Shown here one piece after another: positions 56,052 through 64,000 of a stretch of 64,000 bases of DNA. The translations under genes and the position numbers were made by a program. This DNA comes from Kudoa neothunni (taxonomy: Eukaryota > Animalia > Cnidaria), in the NCBI GenBank assembly GCA_964304625.1, contig OZ199840.1, forward strand, positions 2,782,430 to 2,846,429, written 5' to 3'. The notes beneath the pieces were generated by a model. That model was not told where the DNA came from, made no database searches, and worked only from the letters and a program-made list of their open reading frames with translations. The number at the start of each line of letters is the position of its first letter. Position 1 is the stretch's first letter.

Positions 56052-59000
56052 TTATTTTTTCTTCTTGAAAACCACGAAACCAATAGCACCCATGATCATA
56101 GCTCCAATAGCGGCTACTGCAATTATTCTAAAACAATACCAGTTAAATTGTAAGAACACAATAAATTAATACATGACCATGGTTTTAGAACTAAATACAA
56201 AATTTATTTATGTTAAAAATATTAATTAATAAACCTTGAACTGCTTTTGGCTCCTAAAAGTTACAATTTAAATTATTTTCGAAGTAATAATGCTTTACCT
56301 TGCTCAATAGTGGCAGTCCCATAAATTGTTGGATTGATAGAACTGTACACAGTCAAGTGATAATTGTTGCCATCTGCTAATCCACTGATAGTGAATGATT
56401 TGCATGAAGGGTACGTTCTACACCCATTGTCATTTCGTCTCATGCATTTTTTAATAATTGCTATCGATTTTGTACTCGCGTTACGTAATTCCCACTTACA
56501 TTGGATTTTTCATTAAGACTAGATGGTAGGGTGTTTTCTATAACAAATGATTCACCATCCCTTGTTATGGTCACATATATTATTTTGTCGTTTTCTGTGG
56601 GATTCCCCTTTGGAGCAGCTATTTATTTTAAATATAATAATAATATCGAAAATATTTTTACTAGCTACTAAAGTAATTTCATTTCGCTCTGATTTTCCCA
56701 CTGCAATAATAGACACTTTATACTCTTCATTTGCATCATAGTCGTTGAATTTAATAGAACTGCACAATGGAAATGAGGAGCATGTGTTTGTATTGGCCGG
56801 GCTCGCAGTTGTATCGACTGTCGTAATTGGAGTGACATCTGTATCAGTTTCAGTTTGGGTATTAGATTCAGATCGTGCAATTTTTAATTCATTAATTTCT
56901 GATTTTAGACTTTTACTTTGAATAATGTCAGTTTGTTCTTGGTCGGGATTAGGACTGGATTCGGCTGGTGAGCTTGGTGGAGTATTTTGAGTTTCTGGCG
57001 CAGCTGCCGGTGTCTGTGATGCTTCGCAGACGTAAACATCTTCAAACCTTTCATCTTTTTTTATTTGGATTGTATAATGACAAATGGCTTCTGGGACTTT
57101 TTTGGACAATTGTGCATTTAATTCTAATCCTTGTTCAGTGTATTTTTGAGTTATTTTCAAGGTTGCCAGATCTAGATTGAGTTGAATAAGTTAATATTTT
57201 GATATATATACTCGTCGTAACATTTTCATATATGTGTTCCTTGTAATCCTTATCAGAAATGACCTTAACGTCGTAAGAAGTGTTTGGTTCAAGACCAACA
57301 ATAGTTATTGATTCTCTACATCTTCCTCTACAGGGATTGGTTTCAGCACATTTAGCGGTGTAAAATGTATTCTTCCCAACTGGACTTACGTAGTATTCAC
57401 AGTTTGGTTCTTCATTTTTATTTTCCTTTGCGTCGCCTCCAATAGCTGTGAGTGTAGTTGTTGATTCAGTTTTAGTAGGGGCGGTTGCTTGAAAATTTTT
57501 GTCATCATTTTTCTCTTTGAAAATTATTAGTTATTGAGAGTTATTTTTCAGTTATTACCTGTCCTTATAAGTATTTGTTCGTTTAAAGTAGTTGGATTGC
57601 TGCCACCAGTTAATGCGATTTCAAGAATATAAGGTTTTCCTGCAGTTAATTCTTCAATTACTAATTTTTCGCAGCTAGTTTTACAATTATTATTACTACT
57701 TCTGTAATTTGCGCCACATTGAGTGATAGATGGATCTTTTTTAATATTGTCAGCTGGGTAATGTTTTAAAGTGCAACCAGTAAACTGTGTGCCTGACCCT
57801 GGCTTAAAAACTGCTGCGTCAAAAGATACACCTTTATTGGTATAATCGGACAATAAACCGTTTCCAGTCTCCAATATCGCTAATTATTAAATATATAATC
57901 GTATCAAATTTAATATGATACCAAATTTTTTTTGAGAAAATCCATCTAAATCACCAATAGAAGTCTTTGAAAGGTCGTGATGTCTGGTTTGGATTAAGAC
58001 GCTGTAAACATCTTTTGTTGCAGTCAGAGTAAGCTCAACATCTTTGCATGGTGCGTAACATTTTCCATCCTGATTTCCACAGTTTGATTCGAATTGTTTG
58101 CTATTTCCTGCAGATGTACCATCTTTAATACCAAAAACACAGATCTCAGATGATAACGTTAAATCTGTGAATTTAAGACCAACTTGATTAGGAGCTCCTG
58201 TCTTTTTAGTCACATAATACTGAGGCTCATAAATGGCCATGTTATCCTTCATATATGCATTTGGCATATTATAGAAAAAGCTTGGATAATTCCCACATCT
58301 TATTTCGTAATGAGGAACCAATAAGTCAAATTCAACGTCATTATTTGTGTTGTCCTCATCACATGTTGTTCCTACGTTACCCCCCTTGAATTGTGCGTCT
58401 TTATAGTGAATAGGGCACACAACTGGAGGACAAGTTTTAGTCAAGAGTATTAGTTTTTTGCTCCCATCAACAGATATTTTTGCTTGTGGATTTACCAACA
58501 ACGCTAAATTTAAAGATGATTTATCGAATAAAAATTATTTAAATTACGTATGGCCAAACCAAATACTTTTCCGCCTTTGGGATATGTGCCCTCTTTGACA
58601 ATGGTCTCATTAATATTATCATATACATATATGTATTTTGTTCGCGGGGTGAGTTTATTATATGTTACTTTACTAGCTTGACTATTGCAATCTATCACGC
58701 ATTTAGTGTTACTATTAGTACTATCGTACCCGGGACAGTTTTCGATTTCTTCTAAGCCAGCTGCTGACGTTGAACCGAAACTGTTTGCGGATGCGTTGGA
58801 TATCAATATACGACACTTTTTTCCATCGCCATAACTTGATCCGTCAAGTATATGTTTCACTTTATTAGATTTGCTCTCATCATCGTACTCAATTTGGTAT
58901 TTGAGTGTAGCTGTGGGAGTAGAAGTAGCTGTAGATTTAGGCACTGTTGCATTTTTAATCATACAAAAGAATGCGATTTGCATGACTATAAAAATTCATG

Positions 59001-59057
59001 ATTGATAATAAAAAAATAGATACATAAGAGGCAAAGCAAAAATTTATCTTTAACCAT
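56052..59057 (-). pseudogene. Variant surface protein family copy 5 (1-nt deletion in exon 7; pseudogene, truncated form or sequencing error)
   Basis: Same exon structure; CATTTGG of copies 3/4 is CATTGG at ~56501, giving a stop about 13 codons later, before the TM exon. Confidence 0.75.
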
Positions 59058-60635
59058 TATAAAAGGTAAAGAAAAACAACAAATTGGACTGAATAAATGA
59101 ATACTATAATAAGCCGATACATGTATCGAATAAAAAGCCTATTGAAACGACTATATACTTAAAGTCTTAATTCTTATTTACTATTAAATTAATAATTATG
59201 AATTTAATATAGATATTAAAATGCTGAAAATTGCAACTTGATACAATTATTTTATTATATAGCTCAAATAAATTCGATAATACTTATTATCTCTTGTTCA
59301 CTCCGCCATAATAAATCCAAGGAAAAAATTAATCGATTGGACCAACCATTAGTGGATTCACAAACGAGTTAAACAATGTTAAACTTCATGAACGATATTT
59401 ACATTGACGTCATGTAAGGTCATCCTAGGTATAAATAATATGAATAATTGGTAAAAATATTTATTCGTATTCATTACGAATAAATCAATCATCTAGATAG
59501 ATACAAATGTTAGACGACACGTATTAAATTTGTGTATCAATATTGAGATCATTATAAATTTTGAATTTTTTTACTGTAAACATTATTTTCATTAAATATA
59601 TTTGTAACAACCTATAATATTAAGTAATTATAGATCAACATTTTGCAAACTTTATTTCTAACCATCATGCATACAAGATAAAGTAATTTAGTCATATTTT
59701 TCCTTACAAGAATTAATTATGGTCGCGACTTTGGTTTTTGGGGATTACTTTTATAATATTTTGATTAATTATATCCATAAGTATTTTTGAAAAAATTATA
59801 TAGCCAGAAATGGAAGAAACCCAATTTTTATGGAAATATCAAAGTATTGTCGTATGGTTGGAAAATAAAAATGAAGTTGTTTATCGGTTCCTATTTAATC
59901 TTGCGATTTCCGACGTTTTTATATGCACATATAATAACTTCCATGATATTCTATCATAATTTTTCCTTTTATATTAATTCCATTTTTATAAATATAAATT
60001 GAATTTTACTTTAATTGAGATGGTTAACATTATTTCACAATCCGTTCATACATTGACCTAAATATTATGGTCTAATTTATTTGTCACATCACATTCCAGG
60101 TATTGTTCCAATTATACTTTAAAGCTATTTAAAGTGTTACTATATCGAGCTCTTTTATATTCGAAAAATAATTATATTTTTTTAAGAAATCCCATTAAAA
60201 GATCAATAACCTAGATGATCAAAATAACTTTAATCAAGATAAAGCTTTAAAACATTATTTTCAAATTTATGCGTACAAAATAGCGTTTCCATTTTAAATA
60301 AAATTGTGGTAATTATAAAGCCTGTGACACATGAAAAACACCCCTTCCGAATCCTTTTCGTCGCTATTCTTTTACGATTCTCACTAATAAAATAAATAAA
60401 TATGGAAAGGAAAAATTCAGCCCTAATAAATTACTTTTAAATTTTAACCAAATCCCATTCCGAGCAAAATCGACCCCACGTGTAATCTCCCTTTTGTTTA
60501 CAAAAACTTGCCAATTTAATTATTTGTCATATATGTTAACATATTCGATATATTAAATCGCTTAAATGATTTTTTGGCATTAAGAAATAAACGTATTTGC
60601 TAATTCCGCGTTTATTAACACGTGCTAGTCCAAAA

Positions 60636-60810
60636 TGGAGTCGTTAAGTTATAAAGTCGATGGTGACTTTTATTTACTCATTAATGATTAAGAAAAGTTA
60701 TTCCATGTACGTGTTGCTAAAGGTTATCTTTACAAAGCTCCAACTCGCTGTAGAAATTACAGGAATTTTGATTGCTTCATCCTTAGAAAGCTCAAATTAA
60801 ATGATGTCAG
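60636..60810 (+). mobile_element. Merlin-like N-terminal fragment
   Basis: FYLLIND*EKLF...KGYLYKAPTRCRNY aligns with FVLINNSDLL...KNLINRIPTRCRNC of the 62974 element. Confidence 0.5.
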
Positions 60811-61769
60811 GCCGATAACTGAACTGTCCGCCGGTATTGGTATAGTATACGACTACGAAAATTCGTCCTCATATCGTTCTAATTTTTTAATACTTTATTA
60901 TAGGTCGTTATTATTAGATTATAAAAATGGAAATGCCAAAAATTTGTTTAAAATTTAAAATTCTACCGCTTTCTCATCATTCTACCTTAATCCTCATTAT
61001 GTTAGTGTAAGTTGAATTATGTCAACGTTCCTTGTTTTTAATAAGTTTTTTTAAATTAATCTAATAGCTCGTTTGGATTCTTATAAAAATTAAATATATT
61101 GAAGAATTTTTTAATGTCATTTTGAGTTGCACTCAATCATCCTCTCTACATCTTAAGTGAATTTGAGGTATGAAGAAAGCTTACAATAGCAGATAAAAGT
61201 CATCTATAATTTTTTTAATTTATATATTTTTTATGACAATTTTATTGTTTATTTGTGAAGTTATTGAATTATTTTTGCTGAAAAATTCGTTGGAGTTTTT
61301 GTAATTATAATATTTTTCATCATTTAATGTTGTATTCGGTAGATTATCATTAGAAAAAAATCTTACGCCATAATTTATATTATTTTGTCGTACGAAAGTA
61401 CGAAACCTATTCAAGGTCATGAATTCGAAATTCATTATAATTCTTATGTTTTAGTTTATTCGTAGTATATAACATTACACATTCAATGTGTGATTTTTTT
61501 TAAATAATATAATCCCTCGAAAATCATTGAGCTTTAAAATTTTCATTTTATATAGATTTTTCAATGATTATAAATGTAACAGTTTTATTATTCTTGATTT
61601 ATTATTCATTTTTTCATAATCAGTTTGATTAAATCATTATTTCAATATATAAATTAATTAAATTAATTATTAACATTTTGTCGGATTTATTTAGCAAATA
61701 TAAACATTATTTAATAATTTTAATAATATTTATTTATGTTTTCAAAAAGATTGTTTAATATTTGGAACT

Positions 61770-62974
61770 TATTTCCATATATTGAGCGGACCCATTCTTC
61801 TTGTAAATAGCTCTCAAATTCGATATCACTTACTCCTCTTCTGATTCCCAATATTTTAAGTTTCAATTTGCCTCAACAGGATTCTATCGTATTTGAGTGC
61901 TTACCGTTAATACAATAGCGTAATGAATGATTAACAGTAATATGATTGTAACCCAATTCATCCAATTTTTGATAGGGTTTCCATTCGTCACAGTAGATCA
62001 TGGTATCCTTGATAACTTCGTTTTGACTTATAGGAAGTAATGTTTCCTTATTTCATCTTTCAACCTTAAAATATCTGAACTCCTTAAGTTGTCTTTTTCC
62101 GTGGCTATCGACAGAGCATAAGCATAGACCAAAGACCCACGGACCATCAATCCTATCACCGTATTTTACGCGACGCGAACAATGGGTTAATTAGTTTTCA
62201 AAGAGTAAGATTAAAAACATATATACACATGCCCTCTTCGGATAATTCTTCATAATTTGGTTGATATTCATTAGTACTGCAATTTAACTAAAAATAGCCT
62301 AGTTACCTTTTCACATGTAGTACTCGATACATCGGCGTTATGAGACAAGATTTCCTTATTTACAGAATACTACCATTTATCTCCTTTAAGATATTTACCC
62401 ATGTTATTATTTCTTTTCCCTTGAAGTAAGCTTTCGTCGATTTCGACCACAAATCCTTCTCCGCCAAACGGTCTCCTATCCTTAAAGCCGCCCGAACAAA
62501 TATATCGTACATTTTTAAACCAGTTTATCCCCGTAATTTTGGATATATGTACCAATGAGAATGTGGATTCTATTTTATTATTCATAAGCCAATAATAAAT
62601 TACCTTCATTATCTGTTTTACGGTTATTTTAGAAATTTTTTTCCGACACCTCTCGAAAAGAAAGATCTTAAAGGGTGAAGACTTGGTTTTACAGCTATTA
62701 CTTATGGAAAAAGTATAAAATCGATTTATTTTATTACTCTCTACATACATGAATAGTTTTGTATTTATCAGTGCCAACAGAAAGATAGTCCTCATTAATA
62801 GTGATTTCTTTCCTATTTTTTTCTTCTGGAAACATAGAACTAATTGTGACATCTACAATTTCTACATCTCGTTGGAATTCTATTTATGAGATTTTTCGAA
62901 CAAAGAAAATCGCATAGAAGATCGCTATTATTAATCAACACAAAACACTGATCGTCACTATCATCATTAACCAT
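61770..62974 (-). mobile_element. Degenerate Merlin (IS1595/ISXO2-like) transposase
   Basis: PTRCRNC zinc ribbon, FGGEGFVVEIDES, GPWVFG, ETLLPI, IYCDEWKPYQKL, GYNHITVNHS, HSNTIES, YLQEEWVR; internal stops. Confidence 0.9.
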
Positions 62975-63559
62975 TATGAATATATACGATTTAAAGAGCT
63001 CTCATTACACTCCAACTATATCTCAAACAATGAAATACTAAAATAATATAATATTTAAAATTGTTAACCTCAAATAAAAGTTTAAAAAGCTAAATTAAGA
63101 AGTTCTATAGAATTGAATGTAAGTAAAAGCGCACGAATTAATTCACTGAAAGTCACAGCTGTCCCAAAACACATAATGAGGATTAAGGTCGAATTTTGAG
63201 CAAACAGAAGAATTGTAAATTTAAAAAAAATTTGTGTCTCCGTTATTTTTAAAATCAAATAATAACGATCTGTAACAAAATCGTAAAAAATGAGAACGAT
63301 ATGAGGTCGAATTTTCGTAGCCGTATGTTATATCAATACAAGTCCGTCTATGACAGAAATAACATCGATTATTCCTTCACATACCTATGTAAAAAGTAAT
63401 ATTTTATCTCAATTCGTTGATTTAAATACAATTGGTGTAAAACTATTTTCCCCTCCCCCAAAATGGAACATTTTTTCAAACTCTCCTATACGCGACCCTT
63501 CCCAAAACCCAACATTGATATAATGTTTTTAAAATATAATATCGCTGGTGTATAGATGA

Positions 63560-64000
63560 AACTATTATAACTACAACTAAAAAAGATTAGTTAAGTATGT
63601 CTACGGTTTTAGCGTGGTTCAAAAAGTCCGACAACTCTGCAAATCACCCTTCGAGAACAGAAACAAAATTGGTGGATAAGGTTTCATTGTAGAAATTGAT
63701 GAATGCCTCCTTCACGAAAGAAGAAAATATAATCGGGGTCGGATTCTTAATGGAGATGCATGGAAAACGTCTCAAAATAAAGAATTCTTAGAGTCAAGTA
63801 CTGAATCTCGAATTTGATATAATGAATTATATAACGTATTTCTTTTACTTAGTAGATGCCGACGATGGAGGTGTTAGCGATTATTTCCCTTCAGAAGTTG
63901 AATTTTTTGATAAATCCTTCGACAGTATTTTATGATGTCACCATTTTATTAAATAACGTAAATAGAAGCTGCATTAACAAAAGGAAAATATGATGGAAGG
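63560..64000 (+). mobile_element. Second Merlin-like transposase fragment (runs off window)
   Basis: IGG*GFIVEIDECLLHERRKYNRGRILNGDAW. Confidence 0.8.

Noticed and set aside
7660-56741. Repeated antisense or alternate-frame ORFs (MIHHPLLWSH..., MLPSANPL..., MQELNL..., poly-Leu and Cys/Tyr ORFs at 21411-21722)
   Set aside because: They are shadows of the family exons and of the AGY repeat; they recur only because the sense gene is duplicated.
61220-61435. Asn-rich 71-aa ORF downstream of the Merlin transposase
   Set aside because: Low-complexity AT-driven composition with no motif support.
1-64000. CRISPR arrays, rRNA, tRNA, prokaryotic operons
   Set aside because: None seen by eye; the window is intron-containing eukaryotic DNA. 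A covariance-model scan was not possible.

Overview
Eukaryotic, very AT-rich genomic DNA with tiny (mostly ~38-80 nt) GT-AG introns. The conserved genes are animal-like; a compact-genome parasitic animal such as a myxozoan is plausible but is inference only. Four conserved genes are present: the 3' end of a Diaphanous-type formin (1-615), XPD/ERCC2 (3131-5763 +), Chk1 (28321-30519 +) and GCP2/TUBGCP2 (38394-30614 -). They lie among decayed DNA transposons (piggyBac, Tc1/IS630-like, pogo, MULE, hAT, Merlin, MITEs). The outstanding feature is a five-copy family of an unrecognised ~880-aa type I membrane protein: copies 1 and 2 on +, copies 3-5 on -, all pointing inward. Manual splicing gives 10 exons encoding a signal peptide, about seven 4-Cys modules (most FN3-like) on symmetric phase 1-1 exons, two micro-exons, one TM helix and a KKKK tail. 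Membrane-distal modules are hypervariable and mosaic between copies, membrane-proximal parts are near-invariant, a Cys-flanked loop accepts insertions (42-Ser tract, mucin-like stalk), and all five promoters keep a CGATAC-N2-GTATCG palindrome. This looks like a recombination-diversified variant surface protein or receptor locus. All alignments and splice models were made by eye.
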